DNA from: Iphione sp. A-MEVVRFRX5
Lineage: Eukaryota
Length of the DNA: 64,000 nucleotides
Direction of reading: 5' to 3'
NCBI GenBank assembly: GCA_976226885.1
Contig: OZ320320.1
Span: 64,790,001 to 64,854,000 of the forward strand
The translations under genes were made by a program, and so were the position numbers. Position 1 is the stretch's first letter. Each line of letters starts with the position of its first letter. This document shows, in pieces, positions 63,194 through 64,000 of this stretch. The notes under the pieces were generated by a model that was given only the letters and a program-made list of their open reading frames with translations, did not search any database and was not told the origin of the DNA.

Positions 63194-64000
63194 GGTTCAG
63201 CGCTCTCTAGTGGAGCATTGAAATTACTAGTGTGGTCTGGGGCGGTGAGGAACAAAGCCCGTCAAGCATTGCAAGATTCCCTGGAGGATTATTCTCAGCA
63301 CTTGCAGAGGCTGTTGATTTGTAAAGCATGCATGAAGCATCGGTGTCGATGTGGCCCATCAGTGGAGAGGACATAGTATCATATTATGTTACTTGAAGAT
63401 AGTTTCAATGGGTACAGGCCTGCGAGAACCGAGTATGTCAAAGACAAAGTATAGAAATTAGTAACGAAACATGTGTTCTGACAAGAGATTAGCCACCACG
63501 GAACGTATGTCCCACAGGCTCTGGGTGAGGGTTAGGTCCTAGAGTTTAGGAAACCCGTTTCAAGATTCTTTAAATTTTGTGCAAGCGCAACACTATGCCA
63601 AGCTATATCCATGTTTGAGATAATGGGCAAGACACTGCGTTTCAGGACAGGTGTTTGGCTTGCCGTGAGAGGATCTGTGACACACTCTGCCCTTAATGAT
63701 TTCATGGATAAAAAAGAGTAATCGTACACACAGTATTTTCAATATGGTCAGCAGTGCTCCAAGTGATAGTGCCCCTAAGAACATACTTTTATGGTGAGAG
63801 TCGTTTTGTCTTTTCCTTCTTAGGTTCGTAACTGTAATTATTCTGAATTAATTGGTACCTGTCAACGGCAGGTTTCCATATTCCCCTGGTCTGGCAATGA
63901 AAACCCTCTCAAGCAGCTTGATATTAGCTTTTCAGTCCAGGAAATCTGATTGTAGAGTATTTCATATTCCCAAAAGCTGCATCAGTAAAGATTAAGGTCC

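Overview
AT-rich animal genomic DNA, probably from an invertebrate; the species cannot be determined from the sequence. The only host gene I recognise is the 3' part of a D2-like dopamine receptor (+ strand, three coding exons, 54949-63193). I did not find its TM1-TM2 exon, so most of the window may be one very large intron. The rest is dominated by mobile DNA. (1) A young, full-length 10,360-bp Ty3/Gypsy LTR retrotransposon (12210-22569): 311-bp LTRs differing at 3 positions, ATAT TSD, tRNA-Leu PBS, -1 frameshift stem-loop. Its Pol frame stays open about 1,520 codons past integrase and encodes two C2H2 zinc fingers plus an unrecognised C-terminal domain. A GCGGCAC motif is clustered in its LTR, in its gag 5' region and just upstream of the fingers. 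(2) An intact piggyBac transposase gene with 7 exons (612 aa), paired tail-to-tail with a spliced 3-exon, 99-aa ORF on the opposite strand that the ORF track misses; this ORF resembles the KolX / P2X7-ballast motif. (3) A decayed second piggyBac-like copy that appears to have the same convergent arrangement. (4) Several LINE RT/endonuclease remnants, two tRNA-derived SINE copies, several MITEs and microsatellites. All coordinates and splice models were derived by hand; family assignments rest on recalled motifs, not database searches.
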